Source of the DNA: an uncultured Clostridia bacterium
GTDB taxonomy: Bacteria; Bacillota; Clostridia; Christensenellales; CAG-314
Direction: 5' to 3'
Assembly (NCBI GenBank): GCA_947625115.1
Contig: CANQND010000001.1
Location: 5,678-69,677 of the forward strand
Length of the DNA stretch: 64,000 nucleotides
The position numbers and the translations under genes were made by a program. This document shows, in pieces, positions 8,679 to 19,127 of this stretch. The notes below the pieces were generated by a model that saw nothing but the letters and a program-made list of their open reading frames with translations, was not told where the DNA came from and ran no database searches. Numbering within the stretch: position 1 is the first letter of the stretch; each line of letters begins with the position of its first letter.

Positions 8679-11465
8679 ATGAACAAAAAAATATACGTAA
8701 TTTTGGCGTTGTGCTTGGTGCTTACGGTAAGTTTGGCACTTGCCGCCTGCCAAGAAAAAACACAAGGCACGTTTGAGTGGAACGAGTACACGGCTCCCGC
8801 CAAGGCAGAAAGCACTCAAACGGTAAATCTTCCCGAAGTTCCGAGCGGACCCGCCTCCGAACCGTCGGTGCAAATTCACTATCAACGTCTGCGCGCCGCC
8901 GACTACCCCAATTGCAACTTGTGGTTGTGGACGGAAAGCGGCTCGATTGGCTCGGGCAATTGGGATAACGACACAGGTTGGACGTTCAACTACAAGGACA
9001 GTTGGGGCGCGGTCGCGCTGTACACCTTTACCGAGTTGGGTTCCAAGTTCGACAGCAAGGGCAACTTTGACGGAACGGAACAGATGGGCATTATTCCCCG
9101 CGTCAAAACGGCAAAAGACGTGGACGCAAACAGGATATGGACGTTGGGACAAAAGGACGCCAACAACTACTATCACGTTTATTTGAAGCAAGGAGATACA
9201 AATTTGTACAATTCGGAAGAGGACACACGCTACTCGCTGTCCGCCAAATTCGTTCAGTACAGACAAATTGAGATCAAGGCGATTGCGCCGCTATCTCACG
9301 TAGCCATTTACGAGGGCAACGATGTAATTGCGGAAACGGACGTAGATAACGCCGCGGTAGGCAGTTGCACTCTGCCCGATTCGTGGGAGGCAAATTTCTC
9401 CTCCTACAAACTGAAAGCCACCTTTGTTGAGGGCAACAAGGAAAAGGAAGTAAGCATTTCCTCCACGATTTTGGTGGAAAGCGACGCCTTTGCGCAAAAA
9501 TTCAACTACGACGGCGATTTGGGCGCGCTCTACTCCGCAAGCAAAACGGAGTTCAAAGTGTGGTCGCCTTTGTCCGAATCCGTCACGCTCAAACTCTACA
9601 ACAAGGGCAACGGCGGAACGGCTTACCAAACCGTCCCGATGACAAAGGGCGACAAGGGCGTTTGGTCGGCTACCGTCAACGGCGACCTCGCCAAGAAGTA
9701 CTACACCTACACCGTTGTCAACAGCTCCTATCCGCAGGGCAAAGAAATTGTCGACCCCTACGCAAAGAGCGCGGGTTTGAACGGCAGGCGCGGGCAGATA
9801 GTCAACTTTGCCGACCCCGAACTCAACCCCAACGGCTGGGATAGCGTTAAACCCATTGCGTACAAACCCAACGAACTCGTCGTGTGGGAAACGCACGTTG
9901 CCGACGTTACCTCTTCCTCCACTTGGGGCGGACCTGCCGCACACGCAAAGAAATTTCTCGGTTTGATAGACGAAAACACAACCTACACCGACGCGGAAAG
10001 CGGCAAAACCGTCAAAACGGGCTTCGATCACATAAAGGAACTCGGCGTAAACGCCGTTCAATTGGTACCCATCTTCGACCAAACCAACGACGAGGAAAAC
10101 GTGTCGTTCAATTGGGGCTACAATCCACTCAACTACAACGTGTTGGAGGGAGCCTACTCCACCGACCCGACGGACGGCTACACGCGCATAAAGGAGTTTA
10201 AGCAGGTTGTAATGGCGTACAACGCCGCCAACATTAACATAATAATGGACGTGGTGTACAACCACGTAAGCAGTGCAGATGGGTCCAATTTCGACGTGCT
10301 TTGCCCCGGTTACTACTTCCGTTACACCGATAGCGGCGCGCTCTCGTCGGGATCGGGTTGCGGCAACGACACGGCAAGCAATCACTATATGTTCCGCAAG
10401 TTTATGATCGATTCCGTAACGTTCTGGGCAAAAGAGTACAAGCTGGGCGGCTTCCGCTTCGACTTGATGGGCTTGCACGACCTCGAAACGATGAATCAAC
10501 TTACTGCGGCTTTGAAAGAAATCAACCCCGACATTATCGTGTACGGCGAACCTTGGCAAATGTCAACCGCTTGCGACGACGTTATGGCAACGCAAGTAAA
10601 CGGCAATCAGTATCAAGGCTTTGCGCAGTTCAACGATAAAATGCGCGACGCTCTCATAAAGGGCGGATTGAGCAAGAGGACCGACAAGGGTTGGGCAGAC
10701 GTGGAATCGGCTCTCAGCGCAACCTCTACGGAAGTTACCGCTATCGTCAACGGTCTGAAAGGCTTTACCTACATTAGCGGCAGCAACGTCATAAACGATT
10801 TGGCAAAAACCGTCAACTACGTTACCTGCCACGACAACTACACTTTGTACGACCGTATCGTAGCCGCGCAACAGAACCCCAACTTGGCGCAGAGAGAAAA
10901 GATGTACAAAAATATGGCTATGCTTGCCGACTCGGTAGTGCTTACCTCCAACGGCATAACCTTTATGCTTGCGGGCGACGAGTTTATGCGTAGCAAAGCC
11001 GACCTCGCCACAAGCGACGCAAGGGACCAAAAAATAAATTCCGACGGCGAAAACGAAGCGGTTCACAACAGCTACGAATCCAGCTACGAAATGAACTCTC
11101 TTAACTACGCTCTCAAAATAACCAATGAGCAAAAGTACGAAAACTTCAAGAAGTTGATAGCGTTCAAAACGTCCTTTGTGCAGATGGGGCTTGTTACCAA
11201 CGCAGACGTAGCCGCCAACTACAAGGTGGAAACGCTTGGCGGCGGCAGTGTGATAAAGATTGACTTAACCGACGTTAAAAATAACCGCGTTTACAGGATC
11301 GTTCACGCCAACTACGGCACTGCGGTGCAGGGCATAAACGTAGATTTCGACGGTTACACGGTTTACCTTGACACGCGCGCAAGCGGCGTTGAGGCGGGTA
11401 CAACGTTGACGGCAACCACTTCGATAACTCGCGGCACAACGTTGATCGCCTACAAGGCGGCGTAA
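8679..11465 (+). CDS. pulA: Type I pullulanase (GH13), surface lipoprotein
   Basis: ATG at 8679 follows AAAGAGG. Lipobox LALAAC is present. GH13 motifs are VVYNHV, GGFRFDLMG, YGEPW and VTCHDN, with long N-terminal CBM-like domains. Confidence 0.85.
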   Translation: MNKKIYVILALCLVLTVSLALAACQEKTQGTFEWNEYTAPAKAESTQTVNLPEVPSGPASEPSVQIHYQRLRAADYPNCNLWLWTESGSIGSGNWDNDTGWTFNYKDSWGAVALYTFTELGSKFDSKGNFDGTEQMGIIPRVKTAKDVDANRIWTLGQKDANNYYHVYLKQGDTNLYNSEEDTRYSLSAKFVQYRQIEIKAIAPLSHVAIYEGNDVIAETDVDNAAVGSCTLPDSWEANFSSYKLKATFVEGNKEKEVSISSTILVESDAFAQKFNYDGDLGALYSASKTEFKVWSPLSESVTLKLYNKGNGGTAYQTVPMTKGDKGVWSATVNGDLAKKYYTYTVVNSSYPQGKEIVDPYAKSAGLNGRRGQIVNFADPELNPNGWDSVKPIAYKPNELVVWETHVADVTSSSTWGGPAAHAKKFLGLIDENTTYTDAESGKTVKTGFDHIKELGVNAVQLVPIFDQTNDEENVSFNWGYNPLNYNVLEGAYSTDPTDGYTRIKEFKQVVMAYNAANINIIMDVVYNHVSSADGSNFDVLCPGYYFRYTDSGALSSGSGCGNDTASNHYMFRKFMIDSVTFWAKEYKLGGFRFDLMGLHDLETMNQLTAALKEINPDIIVYGEPWQMSTACDDVMATQVNGNQYQGFAQFNDKMRDALIKGGLSKRTDKGWADVESALSATSTEVTAIVNGLKGFTYISGSNVINDLAKTVNYVTCHDNYTLYDRIVAAQQNPNLAQREKMYKNMAMLADSVVLTSNGITFMLAGDEFMRSKADLATSDARDQKINSDGENEAVHNSYESSYEMNSLNYALKITNEQKYENFKKLIAFKTSFVQMGLVTNADVAANYKVETLGGGSVIKIDLTDVKNNRVYRIVHANYGTAVQGINVDFDGYTVYLDTRASGVEAGTTLTATTSITRGTTLIAYKAA

Positions 11466-11467
11466 CT

Positions 11468-12226
11468 ATGAAGAAAGCGGCAATTGTCGTCGCGCTCCTG
11501 CTTGTTTTGCTGACCTTTGTCGGCTGTGAAAAGAAATATACGCCTGATCCGGAGGTCGAACAGTATCTCAACACGGGTTTGACTCCGGACAAGGCGTATT
11601 CACGCATAGTGAGCGTTTCCTACACCACCCAAAACACGGTCAAGGACAAGAACGGCACCGTAACGGGCGAAAACAAGGTGCAAGTGGAGTTCGACGTATC
11701 CGACGCGGAAAACCTTATCTACACAAACAAACAGACCTATATGGGCATCTACGTGCAGGACGGCACGGTGGAATCGGTTTCCACCGCGGTAAAAACGGCA
11801 GACGGGTACAGTTTTGAAACGGTTCGTACCGCGCAGGACGGCACCGTCAGCAAAAGCGCGCAAAGCGTAGACGCAAAGTTTGTAACGGACCTCATTCGGT
11901 CGCACGTGTTCGAGCAAAACGGCGTCTATGCCGAGGGCGGGCTGTACTTCGGCGATTACTTTATGCAGTACATTTACCGCTATCCGCCCGAAGCGTTCTA
12001 TGTGGACAAGCAGGAAAATCTCTGCGTGTTCGACGCGGTGGTGCATGTGTCCAACGACGCGTTAGACAACACCTACATCACGCAAAAGATAAAAATCAAC
12101 ACTCTCGGTTTGATAACCTACTACTACGAACAATATCAGGACGTAAACACGGGTACCACCCTAACAAGCGAAACCCTCCCCGCGTACGTATTGACGGAGG
12201 AGGGCGAACAGCCTGCAAATGCGTAA
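11468..12226 (+). CDS. Hypothetical lipoprotein co-transcribed with pullulanase
   Basis: The start lies 2 nt after the pulA stop. Signal peptide with lipobox TFVGC. I recognise no family. Confidence 0.65.
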   Translation: MKKAAIVVALLLVLLTFVGCEKKYTPDPEVEQYLNTGLTPDKAYSRIVSVSYTTQNTVKDKNGTVTGENKVQVEFDVSDAENLIYTNKQTYMGIYVQDGTVESVSTAVKTADGYSFETVRTAQDGTVSKSAQSVDAKFVTDLIRSHVFEQNGVYAEGGLYFGDYFMQYIYRYPPEAFYVDKQENLCVFDAVVHVSNDALDNTYITQKIKINTLGLITYYYEQYQDVNTGTTLTSETLPAYVLTEEGEQPANA

Positions 12227-12238
12227 AAGTTTGTTTTG

Positions 12239-12733
12239 TCAGATTATGGCAAAGGAACCCGATTCGTGGCGGAATGTAAAGAAGTAGATAAGGGTAAAAA
12301 TCAAATTGATACCGAGTATCAACCCCACGCCGATAACAAACCATTGCGAACGCAACGATATGTTGAGAAAAGGCGTAATGTATGCGGAAACAAAGAATAC
12401 CGCAGTCATAGTCATAGCGACGGCGATACCTATTGAAACAAGCACAATGCCCGTAACATAAGGTGTGCCGTCGTTTTTGAATACGAGGTTTTTCATCAAA
12501 ATGGTGGGCAGCTTGAAAGACCTCACGATAAAGCCCATTATCGCCCCCTCAAAGAGGATAGCGCACAGGGTGGAAATCAACAAAATTATGTCGTCGAAAG
12601 TCAAACCGTTGTGTACGCCGTTTAGCAGATTTTCAAAAAATATGTAGACGGCGTAGATCTCTACCAAGGCGGAAAACACAAGGTAAATAATTTTGAAAGC
12701 AAGCGATTTTCGGCGCGATACCTGATAGTACAT
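12239..12733 (-). CDS. Hypothetical small membrane protein (about 4 TM)
   Basis: 164-aa hydrophobic ORF, convergent with the upstream operon. Confidence 0.6.
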   Translation of the reverse strand: MYYQVSRRKSLAFKIIYLVFSALVEIYAVYIFFENLLNGVHNGLTFDDIILLISTLCAILFEGAIMGFIVRSFKLPTILMKNLVFKNDGTPYVTGIVLVSIGIAVAMTMTAVFFVSAYITPFLNISLRSQWFVIGVGLILGINLIFTLIYFFTFRHESGSFAII

Positions 12734-12816
12734 TCTGCCCTCCTCGCAGATTTTTAAGGATAACTAAATTATAAATAATTTCGACGATTTTGTCAATTCG
12801 TCGGTAAGGAGTAACA

Positions 12817-14511
12817 ATGGAAAAAAGCGCGATACTACACCAAAGCGATTCGAGATTTTCTTTCCCCGTCAGCGCGACGAAAGCGATCGTGCGTTTGAGA
12901 ACTAAACGCGACGACGGGATAAAAAGCGTTGTCGTTTTGTGGAATTCAGGTCACAAATTTTGGCAAAAACAGTTCCGCCTGCCGTTGGAAGTAAAGTACC
13001 AAGACGAACTTTTCGATTGGTACGAGGGCGAGTTGGATAACGGTGCGCCCGGCTATTCGTACCTGTTTGAGATAACGGACGGCGACGGTACCGTGTGGTA
13101 CTACAACGAAAGCGGTTTTGATACCGTTTTGCGGTTGGAACACTCTTTCGAGGACAATTTCACCGTGGTTTTCCCCAACGCGGCGGATACGGTCACTCCC
13201 AACAAGGCGTTCGAGGGGCGCGTGTTCTACCAAATTTTCCCCGAGCGTTTTGCAAAGGCAAGCGGCAAGCAAGCCGACTACATAAATATGGAATGGGGTA
13301 CGGAAAAACCCGACAATATGCGCTTTGCGGGCGGCGATTTGAGGGGCATTTGCGAAAAGTTGCCCTATCTCAAAGATCTTGGCGTCGGGGCTGTGTATAT
13401 GACGCCCATTCACCAATCCCGTTCCGCCCACAAGTACGACGTTGAGGACTACTTTTCGGTGGACTCGATGTTCGGCGATTTAGACGACTTAAAGGAACTT
13501 ACTAAACAGGCGCACCTTTGCGACATAAAGATAGTTATGGACTTGGTTTTCAACCATTCAAGCTACTTCAACGCCCTTTTCCAAGACGTGGTGAAGCAGG
13601 GCAAAAAGAGCAAGTACTACGATTGGTACTTTGTCAACGGCGACAAGCCCGACAGGCGCAAACTCAACTACAACACTTTTGCCGACGTGTGGGGTATGCC
13701 CAAGCTCAACACCAACAATCCGCAGGTGCAGGATTACCTCTGCCGCGTGGGAGAGTTCTATCTCAAAGAGTGCGGCGTGGACGGCTACCGTCTGGACGTG
13801 GCTAACGACGTTTCGCACGAGTTTTGGCGGCTTTTCAAGAGCCGTTGCAAGGCAATCAACCCGCAAGTGTTCGTCATAGGCGAAGATTGGCAAAATTCCG
13901 AGTCTTTCCTCGGCAACGATCAGTGGGATAGCGTTATGAACTATCCTTTCAGGTACGCGTGTACCCGTTTTTTGGTGGACGATCGCTACAATGCCGAAGA
14001 TTTTTGCAACTATCTTAACGGCGTTCTGATGCGGTACAAGGACGGCACAAACGCAAATATGCTCAACCTGTTGGACTCGCACGACACGCCTCGCTTCTTC
14101 GAAGAGGTCGGTCACAGCAAAAGTTTGCTGTTGCTTGCCGAAGCCGCGCTTATGTTTTACCCCGGCAACCCAATGGTGTACTACGGCGACGAGATTTTTA
14201 TGGACGGCGCAAGAGATCCCTACAATCGCAAGTGTATGCGGTGGGGCAGTCCCGAGTTTAACTGTTCGGAACACGGCGTAATGCGCTATTTACTGCGTTT
14301 GCGCCAACGTGACGTTCTCAAACGCGGTTCCGTGCGCATTTACTCGCGTAACGGCATTGCGTTCATAGAACGCGCTTTTAACGGCGAAACGCTTGTTTTG
14401 GCGTTGAACCACAGCGGCAAGGAAGTAACTTTGCAAAGCGACCCCGTTTACGGCTACAACTGCACAGGCAAAACGCTGTTCAACAACGGCTTTGCCGTCT
14501 TGGAAAAATAA
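12817..14511 (+). CDS. Intracellular GH13 neopullulanase/cyclomaltodextrinase-like alpha-glycosidase
   Basis: No signal peptide. Motifs: YQIFPERF, DLVFNHSS, GYRLDVANDV, VIGEDWQ, LLDSHDTPR. AAGGAG precedes the ATG. Confidence 0.85.
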   Translation: MEKSAILHQSDSRFSFPVSATKAIVRLRTKRDDGIKSVVVLWNSGHKFWQKQFRLPLEVKYQDELFDWYEGELDNGAPGYSYLFEITDGDGTVWYYNESGFDTVLRLEHSFEDNFTVVFPNAADTVTPNKAFEGRVFYQIFPERFAKASGKQADYINMEWGTEKPDNMRFAGGDLRGICEKLPYLKDLGVGAVYMTPIHQSRSAHKYDVEDYFSVDSMFGDLDDLKELTKQAHLCDIKIVMDLVFNHSSYFNALFQDVVKQGKKSKYYDWYFVNGDKPDRRKLNYNTFADVWGMPKLNTNNPQVQDYLCRVGEFYLKECGVDGYRLDVANDVSHEFWRLFKSRCKAINPQVFVIGEDWQNSESFLGNDQWDSVMNYPFRYACTRFLVDDRYNAEDFCNYLNGVLMRYKDGTNANMLNLLDSHDTPRFFEEVGHSKSLLLLAEAALMFYPGNPMVYYGDEIFMDGARDPYNRKCMRWGSPEFNCSEHGVMRYLLRLRQRDVLKRGSVRIYSRNGIAFIERAFNGETLVLALNHSGKEVTLQSDPVYGYNCTGKTLFNNGFAVLEK

Positions 14512-14626
14512 CGCGCGCGCCGCGCCTCGGTAACAGAGCAAAAAATGTTCGCGCAAGCCCCTTTCGGGCGCAAAACGAACTAACAAGGTGAATTAACGCA
14601 TTGAAATTGCAATTCACCGAGCATAA

Positions 14627-14660
14627 GAAAAGGAACGCCAACCTGTGCGTTCCTTTCTTG
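14627..14660. terminator. Rho-independent terminator-like hairpin
   Basis: AGGAACGC-N8-GCGTTCCT is flanked by an A-run and TTTCTT. Confidence 0.5.
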
Positions 14661-15108
14661 TGCGAACTCAATGCAAGCCTGCGCACTTGGTGGACCGAAC
14701 GTAAACAATGTCGATCCTTAAAAAGCAGTTTGGCAATGGAATGTGCGCTCGGTATTTATACAAATATTGGCTCTATGTCAAATATTGGAGAAATTGCCTA
14801 CACATACCGTTTGACATAAAACTTTAGATGATATAAAACGCAATGAACTCAGTTAAAAATAACAAAAAATGAGGAAGACAACTTCCCCTTTTTTGCGTTA
14901 ACTAATAATTTGCAAAAAAATGTAAATCTCAATGGTCAATCATCTGATATGCATAGGATCCAAAGATTTTCTAAATAATCGTTGTCTTCTATTCAACACC
15001 AATCATTTACAATTAGTTGCAAATATATTCTAAGAGAAATTTTTAGCCGTTCATTATTTCGCTCCTTTTTTTTTATTATACCATATGGGATGAAGTTTTG
15101 CAAGTTTT

Positions 15109-15864
15109 TTACTTATTATATTCCCAATTTAATTGATATCTATATCCTTTTACGGGATATTCTAATGAATATTCCAATATTCCATCAGAAATTGTATCAG
15201 TAATATCTTGGGTCTGAATTGGGGTTGTACTAAAATAATTATCGTAAATCCTGCACTCGGCATGCGCTACATGCTTATTGTTTTGGAACTCGACTCGTAA
15301 TATCAATTTTTGTACGGGCTCATAGATGTTTGATGATATAAATGGGAGTGCTTGGCTGTTTGTATCTACTAGATTTTCCAGGATAATTCCAGTTCTTTGA
15401 GTTTCCCCTTTTCTTAAGCCACGTTCAAAGTGAATAGTATAATTTTCCCATCCTTGAGCTCTTGTTCTGTTCATGACTTTTTGACCATTAACTAACGGTT
15501 TTATTGTAGTATTAAAGTTAGAAGACCATGAAAATTTGTCATCATAATTAATTAGCCCACTTTGGGTACACTTTAATAAAATATCTTTTGTATAGCTATA
15601 AACATTGTTCGCATGGCACACATATGTTAATTTTCTTTCCAAAATGATATACGGTTTTTTTATACAAATAAACATAAGTCGCCTAAATAATATTGATTTG
15701 TGTCCAAATGTCAAACTAATGATAAAAAGAATAAAAAAGATAATCGTCAAAGCTAAGAATATGTATGCTACCATTAAATTATTTTTGAAAAAACCATATA
15801 TAGTAGGCATAGCGCTTATTAAAGTTAAAATAAAACTGATGTACTTTGTTAATTTATCTAGCAT
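15109..15864 (-). CDS. Hypothetical protein with two N-terminal TM helices and a soluble C-terminal domain
   Basis: 251-aa ORF in the most AT-rich stretch. The N-terminal ~65 aa are hydrophobic. I recognise no family. Confidence 0.55.
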   Translation of the reverse strand: MLDKLTKYISFILTLISAMPTIYGFFKNNLMVAYIFLALTIIFFILFIISLTFGHKSILFRRLMFICIKKPYIILERKLTYVCHANNVYSYTKDILLKCTQSGLINYDDKFSWSSNFNTTIKPLVNGQKVMNRTRAQGWENYTIHFERGLRKGETQRTGIILENLVDTNSQALPFISSNIYEPVQKLILRVEFQNNKHVAHAECRIYDNYFSTTPIQTQDITDTISDGILEYSLEYPVKGYRYQLNWEYNK

Positions 15865-16611
15865 TGGATCCTCCGAATTATCTTGTGTGTTTTAAATTTT
15901 CGCATGTGGAATGCTACTATCAATAATACTTCTGTATAAGAATAAAAGTTAAGCTAAAAATAAAATTATTTATAAAAAAATTCGCCTATTATGGTTTTCA
16001 TTAAATTTCGACACTGATAACCCTTATTATTGAAGGTTATTTCTTGTTGACAAACATTTTTATGACTTCATAACACCACTCGGAATTTAGTAAATACCCT
16101 TGCTCAAGGTTGACCTCAATAGATTTGATAAAAATCTATCTTGATCCCGTATTCAAAATAACACAATAGTGATGTTTTAGAATCATTACCAGGAATTTTA
16201 GTGTCGGCATCTTTATCATTAAAATATCTATTGCTTCAAAAATTGGTCGATTTGCACATATCATTTTCCCATACGAACATTTGTAATCACTTGAACAATG
16301 TAATTTCAATATTTCTAGATGATCTAAAATTTTCAAGTTTTATCTTTACTAGTTCCATTGCTCTTTTTTGTAATATCTATGCTAATACTCATATTTTATA
16401 GTCACACATTATAAAAGCATACAATCTAATATCAAGCATATTATTAAAAATCTCCCCAAAATAGCAAAATCGGTGTTGGGATTGTTTGAAACAGACAATA
16501 AAACCTTTAAGTAATTATCTTACGGGTTTTGCTATATTTGGCATTGGGACGTACGCTTAGTAGATGCAAGAAAATATATTTTAGTGGTGTCCAAGAATTT
16601 TTGTCAAATTG

Positions 16612-17769
16612 TTACTTTCTCCAATCTATATCGTCGTAAGGAGTGCTTTCGTAGCCTTGCGTTTGGAGTTTCTTGACCTTTTTGTCCAGCACGCCGCGCC
16701 ACATCTTTTTGAACCAATTTGTGTTGCCGAACCATTTTACTAAAGTGGGACTTATTGCATAGTACAGCCTTATGAACGCTCTGCCGCCGTGCGACGCGCC
16801 CAATTTGCTGTCGCGATACCTGCGCAACGTCCAAACTTCCGGGCAGTCGTATGACCCGTAAACACATGTGGCGATGTAGCAACCGGCTTTGGCTGTTTTA
16901 AATTCTTTTCTCACGGGTGCAATAATGTCAGGTGCAACATGTTCGGGTGCAACATAGTGGGGATCATATTTTTGAATTTTTTTCACATAATTTTTAATTA
17001 AATTTTCATTCGTTTCTTTGTCCACATAAAGACCCATTATCTTATTGTGTTGTTGAACGCCCTCTTTCCATGCAGTAGTTATAGTTGGCTTTAATTCTTC
17101 ATAATCATAAAATTGATCTTCTATACTATCGCCCAGAAAGTATAAAAATTTTTTCTCACGGTCGAGTTGTTCAAATGCTAATTTATAATTATGTACAGCA
17201 TCTTCATAACTATAATAAGCTACTATTGCGGTTGGATCACCTGGATAAGATTCTAACTTATACCAAGATGTATGTGTATTATATTGTTCCAATTCTTCTT
17301 TATAAATCTTTGTTATATTGCAAATTATCTCTTGGACATTTATCATACAATATTCCGCGATCTCTTTGACTGCGGCAATTTGGTTTTCTTTGTTTGACAC
17401 AATATCTTTAACGAATGTTAAAGTAACCCGCACGACTTCTTTGTTGAAATCTCTTTTAATGTTAGAATCAAACTTTACGTAAAAATATGCCTCCCAACTT
17501 GTAGGATCCCGTTCGAGGATCTTATCATAATATTCTCTTGCTTTACTGTTATCCCCATCGTTTTTGGCTCTTCGCGCGACTTTATATAATTTTTCAAGCT
17601 CATCGGACGAGTCAATTTTTACAGAGCCAGTTACTTCTACCGTGCCTTCGATCATCATTTTCTTAGCTTCTTCAACAGAATATTTCGTTCCACAAACTTG
17701 GCACACAAACATTCCGTCTTGTTTAACTATGTCCGTACTTCCGCACATTTCGCATTTGAGTTGGTTCAT
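16612..17769 (-). CDS. Zinc-ribbon protein with helical middle region and Cys-rich C-terminal domain
   Basis: The N-terminus reads CEMCG...CQVCG (zinc ribbon). The C-terminus reads GCYIATCVYGSYDCPEVWTLRRYRD followed by a hydrophobic helix. It is the last gene of the minus-strand string. Confidence 0.6.
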   Translation of the reverse strand: MNQLKCEMCGSTDIVKQDGMFVCQVCGTKYSVEEAKKMMIEGTVEVTGSVKIDSSDELEKLYKVARRAKNDGDNSKAREYYDKILERDPTSWEAYFYVKFDSNIKRDFNKEVVRVTLTFVKDIVSNKENQIAAVKEIAEYCMINVQEIICNITKIYKEELEQYNTHTSWYKLESYPGDPTAIVAYYSYEDAVHNYKLAFEQLDREKKFLYFLGDSIEDQFYDYEELKPTITTAWKEGVQQHNKIMGLYVDKETNENLIKNYVKKIQKYDPHYVAPEHVAPDIIAPVRKEFKTAKAGCYIATCVYGSYDCPEVWTLRRYRDSKLGASHGGRAFIRLYYAISPTLVKWFGNTNWFKKMWRGVLDKKVKKLQTQGYESTPYDDIDWRK

Positions 17770-17831
17770 TTGTTTATTTCTCCTTTATTTCTTCTAATTC
17801 ATTTGCTGTGGTCGTCAACATATTGGCATTT

Positions 17832-18410
17832 TTACTTATCATTCTCTGTGGAATCAAGATTTAAGTATGATAGAATTTCCCTTTTCCATATATACAGGGC
17901 GTCTAACGTTATTATAAAGCGTGCAGTTAGTTCGATTTTTCTTTTATCTTCCAAAATAATATACTCTCCCTTACGTCCAACTCGACCATGGGCAAACGAG
18001 TCTCGTATATGTTTGAACATGACATCCAATTTATGTTGACTAGGTTTTCCATTTGACTTGTTTTGATGAAAAAATCCTTTTATTCTGTCGAATTCAAGTG
18101 TTTTATCACCCAATTTCATTTTGCTAATGGTGCCGATATTATTTTTAAGAAACGGACCGTCAAACCAAAAATCCGTTTCTGAAACATCAATCGAAGTAAG
18201 CAATCGAGAAAATAACGTATCTTTTTGCTCCTCAGTTAAAGACGCATTTATTTTATAGGACAGCGGTGAATCACTGCTATTTGCCATTCTGTACAAATAA
18301 AATTCAATCAAGGAATTAAATTCGGCTGATGGAACAATGAATTCAAAAATAGTGGTATAATTTGATTCTTTAGAAATATGGTCTTGATTACCATTATTAT
18401 TTTTATCCAT
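17832..18410 (-). CDS. Hypothetical protein with HEPN-like Rx4H motif
   Basis: I prefer the ATG at 18410, which follows AAGAGG at good spacing. The ORF-track GTG at 18431 is less likely. The motif HIRDSFAHG (R-x4-H) is encoded at 17988-18005. Confidence 0.55.
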   Translation of the reverse strand: MDKNNNGNQDHISKESNYTTIFEFIVPSAEFNSLIEFYLYRMANSSDSPLSYKINASLTEEQKDTLFSRLLTSIDVSETDFWFDGPFLKNNIGTISKMKLGDKTLEFDRIKGFFHQNKSNGKPSQHKLDVMFKHIRDSFAHGRVGRKGEYIILEDKRKIELTARFIITLDALYIWKREILSYLNLDSTENDK

Positions 18411-18434
18411 GATTATTTCGCCTCTTTTCACTTC

Positions 18435-19118
18435 CTATTTTTTCAACGCCTTGCACAATTCCGCTCTTTTATTGACAAGTGCAATTATCTCGTTTGCCGT
18501 GGCAACGGTGGTGTTTTGCTCAAATTCGGCAAATTTTTCGGACAGCTCGTTTTCCACTTCGGCAAGTTTTTCGCTCGACATCGGGTCGCTGTAACGTATC
18601 GCCTCGTAAACGCGTTTCGCTTCCGCTTTGAGTTCGGGCGTGGTGGAGCTGAGCATAACAATTTTTGCCCGCACTGTAAGTTCTTTTATAAAAGCCGTTT
18701 TGCCCGCTATTTTTTCGTCTATACCCGACACAACCTCTGCGGCGGACTTGGCTTTGATAACGGCGATAATGCTGAATACCAACACCGCGCCACACACAAT
18801 GGCGGCTATCCATGCGGGAAGAACAGGAATCGCCATAAATATTGCGCCGACAACAAGTGTTGTTAGCAATGCGCCGTAACTTATCCATATCAGCGGAATG
18901 TTATAGAAAACCTTTCGGTTTTCGGCTTCTTTCAGAGCAAAGAATGCGCAAGCGAGTTGACCGATAAATACGGCTACTGTAACACCGTATCCGATCCAAA
19001 ATCCGCCCGTAAATTTGCTCGCTCCGCCAATTTCGTTTGGCGTGACAAAAACTATGATGTTGAACAATGCGAGCATAAGAGTCCAACAAATCGCATAGAC
19101 TGAAAAATTTTTTTTCAT
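18435..19118 (-). CDS. Membrane protein (4 TM) with helical cytoplasmic tail
   Basis: 227-aa ORF starting 9 nt downstream of the SPFH/Zn-ribbon ORF. It has four hydrophobic segments followed by an A/E/K-rich tail. Confidence 0.6.
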   Translation of the reverse strand: MKKNFSVYAICWTLMLALFNIIVFVTPNEIGGASKFTGGFWIGYGVTVAVFIGQLACAFFALKEAENRKVFYNIPLIWISYGALLTTLVVGAIFMAIPVLPAWIAAIVCGAVLVFSIIAVIKAKSAAEVVSGIDEKIAGKTAFIKELTVRAKIVMLSSTTPELKAEAKRVYEAIRYSDPMSSEKLAEVENELSEKFAEFEQNTTVATANEIIALVNKRAELCKALKK

Positions 19119-19127
19119 AATTTCTCC

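Noticed and set aside
14686-14700. TGGTGGACCGAAC as a possible att-type duplicate of the tRNA-Val 3' end (TGGTGGGGAGTACAGGGCTCGAACC) marking the far border of the AT-rich segment.
   Set aside because: Only the TGGTGG and CGAAC parts match. The true tRNA-Val 3' end is separated from the AT-rich DNA by ~200 bp of normal-GC sequence containing its terminator. This is insufficient to call an integration site.
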